From Candidatus Woesebacteria bacterium RIFCSPHIGHO2_02_FULL_42_20 (GTDB lineage: Bacteria; Patescibacteriota; Microgenomatia; UBA8517), in assembly GCA_001792535.1 (NCBI GenBank), contig MGGS01000008.1:11016-75015 (forward strand): a stretch of 64,000 nt of DNA. Reading direction: 5' to 3'. This document shows positions 8,893 through 17,525 of the stretch, piece after piece. A model generated the notes under the pieces. It ran no database searches and was not told the DNA's origin. It saw only the letters and a list, made by a program, of their open reading frames with translations. Position numbers and translations under genes: made by a program. Positions within the stretch are counted from its first letter, which is position 1. The number at the start of each line of letters is the position of its first letter.

Positions 8893-10569
8893 ATGTTAAA
8901 CAAAGATCAAATAATCAAAAGCCTATCGAAAGCAACGGGTTTGCCGGAAAGCGAAATAAAACTCTATTTTCCCGAGCGGGAAGAGCATGGGGATTACGCG
9001 ACGAACGTCGCGTTCCACCAGTCACCAATCACCAGTCACCAATCACCTTATCAAATTGCCGAAAAGATTATAGAAAAGCTTAAGACGGACAAAGATCTAA
9101 ACAAGATCGTAGATAAAATCGAAGTCGCTGGCCCCGGATTTATCAATTTCTTTCTGTCAAAAGAGGCGTTACTTGATACACTAGTTGATATTAACAATGA
9201 GAAAGATGCATTCGGGAAGTCAGATTTATTAAAGGGAAAAAGAATAATGTTTGAGTTTGGCCAGCCCAACACCCACAAGTTACCACATATAGGCCACTTA
9301 TTTTCTTACATTTATGGCGCCAGTATGACTAACATTTTGGAATTAGCGGGCTCTAAACTTCGCCGAGTGAATTACCAAGGTGATATTGGGCCTCATGTGG
9401 CAAAGTGTCTTTGGGCCTTTGAGAGAGGGAATCCGTCGGTACCAAGTACTTTGGAGGGAAAAGTAAATCTTTTACAAAAGATGTATCAGAAAGGAGCGCA
9501 GGCGTTTGAAAAGGACGAGAAAACAAAAACAGAGATTTTGGAGATTAACAAGAAAATCTATCTGAAAAAAGAACCCTGGTTTAGTCTTTGGCAAAAAACC
9601 AGAGGGTGGAATCTTGAATATTACAAAAAATTTGAGAAGAGATTGGGGGTTTCTTACGACAGGTATTATTTTGAAAGTGAGGTAGAGGAGATGGGGAAGA
9701 AGATAGTTGAGAATAATATTGGCGAGGTTTTTGAAAAAAGCGAAGGAGCACTAATTTTCAAAGGCAGCAAAGTGGGTCTGCATGATAGAGTTTTTGTTAC
9801 AAAATACGGCACCCCGACTTATGAAGCCAAGGACATGTATCTGCAAAAGTTGAAGATGGAGGAGTGGCCTTACGATCTTTTAATAATTACCACGGCGCAC
9901 GAGCAAAATGAATATTTCAAGGTGGTTTTTAAGGCTTTGGGAACATTGGACACTGCCTATAAAGGAAAACTTATGCATATTGGTTTTGGGATGGTGAACC
10001 TTAAAAGCGGCAAAATGAGCTCAAGAACCGGTGAGATTGTAAGTGCAGTAGATTTAGTTGATAAAGTTGTCGAAAAAGTGAGCCAGATAAATAAAGACAA
10101 GAAAATTGCAGAAGCAGTTGGCTTGGGAGCAGTCAAATACTCGTTTTTAAAAAATAATCCTTTACAGGATACAAAATTTGACATTGAAGAAAGCATTGCT
10201 CAGGAGGGAAATAGTGGACCCTACTTGCAATATACACACGCTCGTACACAGAGCGTTTTGCGCAAAGCAAAACCCACCAACCACCAACCACCAATCACCA
10301 ATCACGCGCTTTCAGCGCCTGAACTATCGGTTTTGCGTTTTCTTCCCCGTTTTCCCCAAATCGTTGAAAATGCAGCTAAAACCTACTCACCTAACTTGAT
10401 CTGCAATTACCTCTTTGATCTGGCCCAAAGATATAACAATTTTTATAATTCGAATCGGATACTAGGGGAGAAAAGTGAAAACTTCAGATTGGCATTGACT
10501 TTGGCAGTCGGCCAAATTCTCAAAACCAGCCTTAATCTTTTGGGAATTAAAGCACCTGAAAGGATGTAG
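8893..10569 (+). CDS. argS: Arginyl-tRNA synthetase
   Basis: HIGH motif (PNTHKLPHIGHL), KMSKS-like MSSRTGE, and a C-terminal anticodon-binding DALR-type region. It contains two low-complexity His/Gln/Pro/Thr inserts encoded by heptanucleotide repeats. Confidence 0.9.
   Translation: MLNKDQIIKSLSKATGLPESEIKLYFPEREEHGDYATNVAFHQSPITSHQSPYQIAEKIIEKLKTDKDLNKIVDKIEVAGPGFINFFLSKEALLDTLVDINNEKDAFGKSDLLKGKRIMFEFGQPNTHKLPHIGHLFSYIYGASMTNILELAGSKLRRVNYQGDIGPHVAKCLWAFERGNPSVPSTLEGKVNLLQKMYQKGAQAFEKDEKTKTEILEINKKIYLKKEPWFSLWQKTRGWNLEYYKKFEKRLGVSYDRYYFESEVEEMGKKIVENNIGEVFEKSEGALIFKGSKVGLHDRVFVTKYGTPTYEAKDMYLQKLKMEEWPYDLLIITTAHEQNEYFKVVFKALGTLDTAYKGKLMHIGFGMVNLKSGKMSSRTGEIVSAVDLVDKVVEKVSQINKDKKIAEAVGLGAVKYSFLKNNPLQDTKFDIEESIAQEGNSGPYLQYTHARTQSVLRKAKPTNHQPPITNHALSAPELSVLRFLPRFPQIVENAAKTYSPNLICNYLFDLAQRYNNFYNSNRILGEKSENFRLALTLAVGQILKTSLNLLGIKAPERM
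9016..9047 (+). repeat. Heptanucleotide tandem repeat (TCACCAR)x4 inside argS, encoding HQSPITSHQSPY
   Basis: caccagtcaccaatcaccagtcaccaatcacc, read directly from the sequence. Confidence 0.8.
10274..10305 (+). repeat. Second heptanucleotide tandem repeat (YCACCAA)x4 inside argS, encoding PTNHQPPITNH
   Basis: cccaccaaccaccaaccaccaatcaccaatcac, read directly from the sequence. Confidence 0.8.
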
Positions 10570-10589
10570 TAAGATTCAGCAGACTGTTT

Positions 10590-11060
10590 TAGATGTTGAA
10601 GTACCCGCCGGTTTGGGTTTTGACCATATACCAAAAACAATAAAAGCTCGGTCATCCGGTCCGCTGGTCGAGCCCTCTGGTGGAGGTGGCGCCACTCTTC
10701 TGACTTCTTTCAGGAGGTTTCTGCCATAATTGTCAACTTGAGGTTTGGATTGCCCCCCGGTTTTTGCCGAGAAAGGGAGAGATAGGACACTTTTTGCGGC
10801 TTCTCTTCCTAGGATTCCCAAGCAGCCTGCGCCCAAGGGGCATCTTTGAGCAAGGTCTCCCGTTGCCCTGGCAAGTCCTGCCAATCCGCCTCCATTTTCG
10901 TCAAATACATTTACAAAACGTCCACTGCAGGAAGCGCCGCCTGTTTTTTGCTTCCATGGGCAAGTGTAGGATACAGTCTGGGCAGCCCTTTCCCTATAGG
11001 CATTGACAAGAGCATGAACAGCCTAATTAAATATTTCAGCCATGATGTATTATAACAGCA
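10590..11060. ncRNA. Candidate structured non-coding RNA (GC-rich block between convergent argS and ATPase genes); identity unresolved (RNase P RNA-like?)
   Basis: About 470 bp at >55% GC in an AT-rich genome. Only short, non-protein-like ORFs occur on either strand, and there are many local complementary segments. The minus strand contains GGCGCAGGCTGCTTGGG, which resembles the conserved RNase P GGGUAGGCUGCUUG element, but no P4 pairing could be verified. Confidence 0.25.
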
Positions 11061-11102
11061 TTCAAGAGAACCCCGCTCTCAGTACGGGGAGAATGTCATT
11101 AA

Positions 11103-13604
11103 TTAATCCGTGCTGCTGAACTTGTAATAAATCCGTTTGGCAAACTCCGTGGTTAAAAAATAGACCAGAACCAAGATAAAGACGCTTAGCATAAAGCCCG
11201 TTTCGGGTCTAGCGAACTTGAAGGCCTGCTGGCCAAAAGCAGTAAACGGCAGGGCTATAGTAGCGATCCCTGCGACGAAAGTGAGAAGAATCAGTGTTGC
11301 CGACGGACGGCTTGCTTTCCAAAAGGAAAACTTGGTGCGGATTGAGTAAATGAAGACAAGTTCAGTCAGAATTGAGCCGACAAACCACATTGTCTGGAGA
11401 GTCTCCGGGCTGTACTGCGAAAAGATGGCGAAGAAAATAAAATCAAAGACCGAACTTACCAGGCCTAAAATAGTTGCAATTAGGGCAATGCCTTTGAGGT
11501 CGTATTTATTGGGCACAGTAAGTTCACGAGTATCCACGCTGTCTGTTGCAATGGCAATCATCGGAAAGTCCGAGAGTAAATTGACCAGAAGGATTTGGAC
11601 CGGAAGCATGGGGAGGTAGTTGACTAGAAGAGAGGCAACCGCTACCGCATAGAAATTGCCGAAATTTGAGGCTAAGGTGGCCTGGATGTATTTAGTCGTG
11701 TTGGCAAAGATTTTTCTGCCTTCCTCTATTCCTTCGATTATGACTCGCAAGCTTTTGTGAAGCAAAACGATGTCTGCAGTGTCTTTGGCAATGTCGCTTG
11801 CACCTGACACAATAATGGCTACATTTGCAGCTTTTAATGCCGGTGCGTCGTTAATGCCTTCGCCCAGGAAACCCACCTCGTGGTTTTCTTTTAAAGCCTC
11901 GACGATCCTGTGCTTTTGCGCAGGCGTGACTCTGGCGAATATTGTGTAGCGACCCACCGCCTCATTAAATTGATTAGTGCTTAATTCTTCGAGTTTGTTG
12001 CCTGAGGTGACTTGGCTCTGCGACTTGATAAGGCCTATCGCCAAGCCTACTGTACCTGAAACTTCGCTGCTATCCCCGGTCAAGATTTTGATGGTAAGCC
12101 CTAGTTTTTTTGCATTGGCGATTGCAGCCGCGGCAGTAGGCTTGATCGGGTCGGTGAAGGAAATGACTCCGTCGAATTCCATAGAGTTCTCCTGATCCTC
12201 AATGTCGATCTTGGTTCCCGGAAGCTCTTTGTGAGCGATTGCTATAGTTCTTTTTCCTAAGTTACCTTTTGACGAGACCCAATTTTGATACTTGTTGTCA
12301 GTAAGCTTGCAAAGTTTGAAAATAGTGTCAGGTGCGCCTCGAGAAATAAGCAGATATTTTCCTTTGTACCTGACCAGTAGAGTATTTCTTCTTCGCTCAG
12401 GGTCAAAGGGTATTTCTTTTTCCGTTTTCGGGCAGTTTAACCCCCCAAGGACCTTATTTGCTGCCGATATTATTGCCATGTCAAAAGGGTCGCTACCACT
12501 GCCTCCAGGCTGATTTGAGGCCCAGTAGGCGTACTTCAGGCAATCACTCGATGAGGCGGGATGGATTTCATCCAAAGTGAGTCTGTTTTCAGTCAGGGTA
12601 CCGGTTTTATCCGTGCATAAAACTTCAATGCCGCCCAAGTCTTCTACGCTTGAAAGCCTTTTGACCACAACGTGTTTTTTTGCAAGCCTTAAAGCTCCTC
12701 TTGAAAGGGAAAAAGTGGTAACAAGGGGGAGGGCCTCGGGTATGACGCTGACGGCTAAGGCCACGGAAAAGACTGCAAGCTGGAATTTATCGGTGCCGGT
12801 GCCTTTTATGACCAGATTTATAATGTAAAGAATAACCAAAGTTGCTACAATCAACCTGAGGGTGAATGTTGAAAACTTGGCGATGCCTTTTTCGAAGCTT
12901 CCGGTGTGGGTGGTTTGAGTAGTCAGGCGTTCTATTTCGCCGAATGCAGTGTCTTTGGCTGTCGCAATGACAATTCCGGTGGCGTTTCCATGCATCACGC
13001 TGGTTGCGCTAAAGGCGATATTTTTGGCTTTGACAATTTGATCGACTGCGCCGCTTAATTTTTCGGAGGTTTTGGAAACCCTGTCTGATTCTCCTGTTAA
13101 GATTGACTCATCGATAATCAGGTTGTTGCAGGTAATGATCCTCATGTCAGCGGGGATAATGTCTCCGGGCTCGATTGCGACAATGTCGCCCGGGACCAAC
13201 TTTTCGGCCGGTAGAGATATTAGTTTTTTATCGCGGATTACCATTGAGTGGGCTGTGGTATAAGTGGAGAGAATTTTTACCGCCTGGTGCGATCTGTACT
13301 CCTGGGTGAAACCCAAGAAGGTGTTGATGACTACGAAGCCTATAATTATTACGCTGTCTGCCGTCTCACCCAAGAAAAAAGTAAAAATGGAGGCGATTAT
13401 AAGGACGTAGATAAATGGAGAGGTGAGTTGGCGGATCAAAATGTGGTACCAGTGAATTTCTTTTGCTTTGATTTTATTCAAACCATATTTTTTGAGTCGT
13501 GCCCCGGCTTCTTTGTGGGTAAGTCCGTCTGATGATGAGTGAAGATAGGAAAAAAGTTTTGAGTTGTCTTTCGTAGAGGATGATAAAGCGATACTGTCTT
13601 TCAT
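11103..13604 (-). CDS. Cation-transporting P-type ATPase (P2/P3-type; Mg2+/Ca2+-like)
   Basis: CTDKTGTLTEN phosphorylation motif, TGDS hinge, GDGINDAPALKAANVAI, and ten predicted TM segments. It lies adjacent to mgtE. Confidence 0.9.
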   Translation of the reverse strand: MKDSIALSSSTKDNSKLFSYLHSSSDGLTHKEAGARLKKYGLNKIKAKEIHWYHILIRQLTSPFIYVLIIASIFTFFLGETADSVIIIGFVVINTFLGFTQEYRSHQAVKILSTYTTAHSMVIRDKKLISLPAEKLVPGDIVAIEPGDIIPADMRIITCNNLIIDESILTGESDRVSKTSEKLSGAVDQIVKAKNIAFSATSVMHGNATGIVIATAKDTAFGEIERLTTQTTHTGSFEKGIAKFSTFTLRLIVATLVILYIINLVIKGTGTDKFQLAVFSVALAVSVIPEALPLVTTFSLSRGALRLAKKHVVVKRLSSVEDLGGIEVLCTDKTGTLTENRLTLDEIHPASSSDCLKYAYWASNQPGGSGSDPFDMAIISAANKVLGGLNCPKTEKEIPFDPERRRNTLLVRYKGKYLLISRGAPDTIFKLCKLTDNKYQNWVSSKGNLGKRTIAIAHKELPGTKIDIEDQENSMEFDGVISFTDPIKPTAAAAIANAKKLGLTIKILTGDSSEVSGTVGLAIGLIKSQSQVTSGNKLEELSTNQFNEAVGRYTIFARVTPAQKHRIVEALKENHEVGFLGEGINDAPALKAANVAIIVSGASDIAKDTADIVLLHKSLRVIIEGIEEGRKIFANTTKYIQATLASNFGNFYAVAVASLLVNYLPMLPVQILLVNLLSDFPMIAIATDSVDTRELTVPNKYDLKGIALIATILGLVSSVFDFIFFAIFSQYSPETLQTMWFVGSILTELVFIYSIRTKFSFWKASRPSATLILLTFVAGIATIALPFTAFGQQAFKFARPETGFMLSVFILVLVYFLTTEFAKRIYYKFSSTD

Positions 13605-14587
13605 TTTGAAAGCACTACCGTGGCAACGAGAAAGTAAATGATTAGGCTAACGATATCCTGGATGACGGTTGTAAAAGGACCGCTTCCTGCTGCCGGGTCT
13701 CTCCTGAAACGGGTAAATAGCCACGGGATGATTGTCGCAATTAGGCTGGCGCTGGTGACCCCGATGAACATGGAAATAGCAACGATGATTGATATTTGGT
13801 TATTTTGAAAAATGACAAAAGAAAAGATGGCAACCAAAAAAGACAAAATAAAGGCCAGCATTAATGAAGTTTTGGCTTCTTTGACCAGGTATTTTTTTAT
13901 CTTGACTTTTTCGAATGCCGCGGTTCTTACATAAATCGTTTGAGTTTGTGTTCCTACCGCGTCATTCATATAGACAATGACCGGTATGAAAAATGCTAAG
14001 GCAAGCTCTTTTTGCAGTGTGCCCTCGAAATTGCCGACTATTTTAGTGGCAATCATTCCCCCTATAAGCCCCAGAATCAGCCAAGGGATTCTTTTTGCAA
14101 GCATCTTGGTGATGCTCAATTTGTTGACGTCCAAGTCGGCTTCGTTTGCAATTATGCCGGAAAATCTCATCAAGTCTTCAACGTGCTCTTCGTGCAGGAT
14201 TTTGAGTATCTGCCCTTCATCGATTATACCCAAAAAGACGCCTTCTTGGTTTGTTACGGGAACAGTCTGACAGCCTTTTTGAATAGCGAGGCGGGCTACG
14301 TGATGCTGGTGGGAATGATCTGTAACGCTGTCAAATTTCCTGTCCATAATTTCTTCCAACCTTGACTGCGGGTTGGCAGAAAGAAGTTTTTGAAAGTCAA
14401 CCACGCCGACCAGTTTACCGTTTGAGTTAACCACAAAAACATTTTCACTATTGGGCCAGTCGCTGCGGCTTTCGCGGATAGACTTAATTACATGGGCAAC
14501 TTTGTCCCGCCTGGCAAAAGTGAGTTTGCATGGAACGGTATGCTGGCCTATGGAATGGGTTTTATACTCCGGCTTGTCTTCTGACAT
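13601..14587 (-). CDS. mgtE: Magnesium transporter MgtE (CBS pair + MgtE membrane domain)
   Basis: CBS-like segments followed by a C-terminal 5-TM MgtE domain. It overlaps the ATPase stop by 4 nt. Confidence 0.75.
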   Translation of the reverse strand: MSEDKPEYKTHSIGQHTVPCKLTFARRDKVAHVIKSIRESRSDWPNSENVFVVNSNGKLVGVVDFQKLLSANPQSRLEEIMDRKFDSVTDHSHQHHVARLAIQKGCQTVPVTNQEGVFLGIIDEGQILKILHEEHVEDLMRFSGIIANEADLDVNKLSITKMLAKRIPWLILGLIGGMIATKIVGNFEGTLQKELALAFFIPVIVYMNDAVGTQTQTIYVRTAAFEKVKIKKYLVKEAKTSLMLAFILSFLVAIFSFVIFQNNQISIIVAISMFIGVTSASLIATIIPWLFTRFRRDPAAGSGPFTTVIQDIVSLIIYFLVATVVLSK

Positions 14588-14628
14588 ACAATATCATTGT
14601 AATCCCAATTTTTGCTAAAATACAAAAC

Positions 14629-15903
14629 ATGAGGTATGAAGTTTCCAAATTGGCCAATGGGTTGAGGATGCTGTGTGTGCCCACATCTTCGGTGGAGTCT
14701 GCCACCCTGACTATTTGGGTGAAAACAGGTTCCCGCAACGAAACACGAAAATTAAGCGGCATCAGCCATTTTTTGGAACACATGGCGTTTAAAGGGAGTG
14801 CGCGGCGGCCCTCGGCAAAATTAGTGGCCGAAACAGTTGACGGTATTGGCGGAGAATTTAACGCAAGCACATCGAAAGAGTGGATGAATTTTTACATAAA
14901 ATGTAGAGCCGGAAAGCTGGAGGTAGCATTTGACGTAATAGCGGATATGTTACTCAGCCCGCTTTTGCTGGCCGAAGAAATTGAGCGGGAAAAGGGGGTT
15001 ATCTGTGAGGAAATAGCCATGTATGAGGATACTCCGATGCTAAAAATCGGGGATCTTTTTGAGGAAGTAATGTTTGAAGATCATGCGCTTGGATGGGACA
15101 TCGCCGGAACTAAAGAAACCGTCCGCGGCTTGAAACGAAGTGATCTGGTTCGATATATTAGTAATAGGTATTTTACGCAAAATATGCTTCTTACTGTTTC
15201 GGGAGGTATTGAGCCTGACTCAATTAATAAACTTGCCCGACAATTTTTCCTGGATTTGCCTCCTAGTGGTGTGGCACTTTCCCCAAAGCCTTACTTAAGT
15301 AAACAAACCAAGCCCAGGGTACTGCTTAAAACCAAGAAAAGTGACCAAGCCCATTTTATTTTTGGCTTTCCGGTAGGCGGCAGGGGGGCTCCCGACCGCT
15401 TTGTGTCAGCTGTATTGTCAGCTGTTTTAGGCAAGGGCATGTCTTCGCGGCTTTTTACCGAGATTCGGGAGCGACGTGGACTTGCGTATTCGGTGACGAC
15501 AATTTTGGAAAGATATAGGGAAACAGGCTACGCGGCGGCATACGCGGGAGTGGATTTGACTAAAATTGATGAAGCAATAAAAGTTACCGCGGACCAATTT
15601 TACGGCCTTGCTTCCGGCAAATATAAAATCGAATCCGCGGAACTTACCAAAGCAAAAGAGTACTTAAAAGGGCATTTGGCCCTTTCTTTGGAGGACACGA
15701 AAGACGTGAACTATTTTTTTGGTGAGGATGCGCTTTTTAATTTACCCATTGAAACTCCCGAGTCAATGTTTATCAAAATAGATAAGGTAACAGCAGATGA
15801 AGTAGTTTCACTGGCAAAAAAGATTTTTGTGCCCAACCTTGCGAACGTTGCCGTAATTGGCCCTTTCAAAAGCGAGGATCGTTTTGCTAAACTTCTTGTG
15901 TAA
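14629..15903 (+). CDS. M16-family zinc peptidase (pitrilysin/insulinase-like)
   Basis: Inverted zinc-binding motif HFLEHMAFKG and an EE...E downstream. The internal Met start was chosen to avoid overlap with mgtE. Confidence 0.8.
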   Translation: MRYEVSKLANGLRMLCVPTSSVESATLTIWVKTGSRNETRKLSGISHFLEHMAFKGSARRPSAKLVAETVDGIGGEFNASTSKEWMNFYIKCRAGKLEVAFDVIADMLLSPLLLAEEIEREKGVICEEIAMYEDTPMLKIGDLFEEVMFEDHALGWDIAGTKETVRGLKRSDLVRYISNRYFTQNMLLTVSGGIEPDSINKLARQFFLDLPPSGVALSPKPYLSKQTKPRVLLKTKKSDQAHFIFGFPVGGRGAPDRFVSAVLSAVLGKGMSSRLFTEIRERRGLAYSVTTILERYRETGYAAAYAGVDLTKIDEAIKVTADQFYGLASGKYKIESAELTKAKEYLKGHLALSLEDTKDVNYFFGEDALFNLPIETPESMFIKIDKVTADEVVSLAKKIFVPNLANVAVIGPFKSEDRFAKLLV

Positions 15904-15905
15904 AC

Positions 15906-16487
15906 ATGGAAAGAACAGTCATTTTAATAAAACCTGACGGAGTTCAAAGGGGCTTGATTGGTGAGATTATATCCCGTTTTGAAAAAGTGGGTTTAAAGCT
16001 AATTGCTCTGAAAATGGTTCACGTCGACAAGTCTCATGTCCGAAAGCACTATTCAAGTGATCGCACTGAGTGGTTAAGTCAGATCGGGGAAAAGACTTTA
16101 AAAGCCTACAGGGAGTTTGGCAAAGACCCTGATGAGTTTTTGGGAACAATAAATCCATTGGAAATAGGTAAAATGATAAACCGGTGGAATATTGATTATT
16201 TGACTTCAGGGCCGTTAGTCGCAATTTTACTGGAGGGTAATCACGCCATATCGGTTGTCAGAAAAATGGTTGGATTTACTCACCCCGATTTGGCAGACGC
16301 TGGGACAATCAGAGGAATGTATTCGGTTGATTCAACTGACCTTGCAAACGAGAAGAAAAGAGCCGCCAGAAACTTAGTCCACGCTTCGGGAAATGCAGAG
16401 GAGGCAAAGTTTGAAGAGGAGTTGTGGTTTCATAAAGCGGAAATTCATTCCTACAAACGAAGTGACGAGGAAGCGATGTTAGGATAG
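15906..16487 (+). CDS. ndk: Nucleoside diphosphate kinase, with a ~40-aa internal insertion and C-terminal tail
   Basis: ERTVILIKPDGVQRGLIGEIISRFEKVGLKL, followed by the HASGNAEEAKFEEELWF active-site region. Confidence 0.85.
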   Translation: MERTVILIKPDGVQRGLIGEIISRFEKVGLKLIALKMVHVDKSHVRKHYSSDRTEWLSQIGEKTLKAYREFGKDPDEFLGTINPLEIGKMINRWNIDYLTSGPLVAILLEGNHAISVVRKMVGFTHPDLADAGTIRGMYSVDSTDLANEKKRAARNLVHASGNAEEAKFEEELWFHKAEIHSYKRSDEEAMLG

Positions 16488-17496
16488 TTAATATTACCCA
16501 GTGGCTGACACCGATGGGTTGGACAAAGGCAAAAAGTAGCCATCCAACTAGCCCGATAAAGAGTACGTGATCATGCTTAGCTATTTTTTTGGCCACCATC
16601 ACTAGCCACAATGTAAATGCCGCTAACCCTATCAGGCCTGACCAAATTGCCACATCCAAAAACAGGTTGTGGCTGCGCTCGACAATAAGCTCGTGCAAAG
16701 GCAAGTTGACCCGGGCGAACATTTCGCCAAAAACGACTTCATTTGTCTCGGCCCCGAAACCTAATAAAGGCCTTTCTCTAATTGTTTTAAAGGCCAGTGA
16801 CCAGATAGTAAACCTGCTCTCAAATGCTGAAACGTTTTTTTCGAGGTATGCTCCCAGGATCGATATCAGTACAAATCCAACTCCCGCAAGAGAAACAAGA
16901 TATTTACTGCGAATTAAATTGGTGAAAGTGACAATTGCGAATATAGCTAAGCCTGATCTGGAACCCGTGACAATGATAGCTATGAGGATAATTGGAAGTA
17001 AGACTATCTTGTAACGGCTTTTTTGAACAAAAGTGCTTCCAATTACCAGAAACCCCGCAACTGAATTTGCCTCGCCGATTGTTCCTATTGGGCTTATTAG
17101 TATTACAACCAAAGATTGAATAACGATCGAAATAATGATGGATTTAATCAGTAAGTTTTTTAGTTTTAGGCTGAACCCTTCAATTGTTTTGCCCAGGACA
17201 AAAAGAACCAGAAAAAACAGTATTCCTTGGTGCCGGTAGCTGCTTCCTAAAATTGAGTCAATCGGATGTACACCCATTAGGCTTGAGGCAAGCATAATGA
17301 CTAGCCAGAGTAAAAATGCATAATCAACCTTTTTTAAATTGACTTTTTTACTCCACAAAAAAAGGATCCAAAAGACAAAGAGCAGAACCCCACCAATTAG
17401 AAAGAAGACTATCTTTGGCCCCTCATATGAATTATTTAGAGTCACAAGCGGTAATGTGGCTGACCAAATTATTATTAATCTGAAGATAGTTGACAT
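16309..17496 (-). CDS. O-antigen ligase/Wzy-like polytopic membrane protein
   Basis: Ten or more TM helices and a TGSRSG motif typical of the Wzy_C / O-antigen ligase family. The 3' end overlaps ndk by ~180 nt in convergent orientation. Confidence 0.45.
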   Translation of the reverse strand: MSTIFRLIIIWSATLPLVTLNNSYEGPKIVFFLIGGVLLFVFWILFLWSKKVNLKKVDYAFLLWLVIMLASSLMGVHPIDSILGSSYRHQGILFFLVLFVLGKTIEGFSLKLKNLLIKSIIISIVIQSLVVILISPIGTIGEANSVAGFLVIGSTFVQKSRYKIVLLPIILIAIIVTGSRSGLAIFAIVTFTNLIRSKYLVSLAGVGFVLISILGAYLEKNVSAFESRFTIWSLAFKTIRERPLLGFGAETNEVVFGEMFARVNLPLHELIVERSHNLFLDVAIWSGLIGLAAFTLWLVMVAKKIAKHDHVLFIGLVGWLLFAFVQPIGVSHWVILTILTSLPRHFVCRNEFPLYETTTPLQTLPPLHFPKRGLSFWRLFSSRLQGQLNQPNTFL

Positions 17497-17525
17497 TTGG
17501 ACCTGATGTAATCATATTAATATAA

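Noticed and set aside
10576-11055. ORFs 10576..10884(-), 10764..11006(+), 10846..11055(+) as protein genes
   Set aside because: Their amino-acid composition is non-protein-like (Pro/Arg/Gly runs), they overlap one another, and they lie in a GC-rich block better explained as structured RNA.
10590-11060. Firm call of RNase P RNA or tmRNA
   Set aside because: Only one partial RNase-P-like element was seen. No canonical GGAAAGUCCGGGCUCC / ACAGAACCCGGCUUA P4 pair, no tRNA-like T-arm, and no tag reading frame ending in a stop was found. The region is left as an unresolved ncRNA candidate.
11350-14365. Series of + strand ORFs inside the P-type ATPase and MgtE genes
   Set aside because: They are antisense shadows. 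The ATPase and MgtE motifs are unambiguous on the minus strand.
14530-14628. Upstream start of the M16 peptidase ORF (14530)
   Set aside because: It would overlap the convergent mgtE 3' end. The internal Met at 14629, with a plausible upstream -10 element, fits better.
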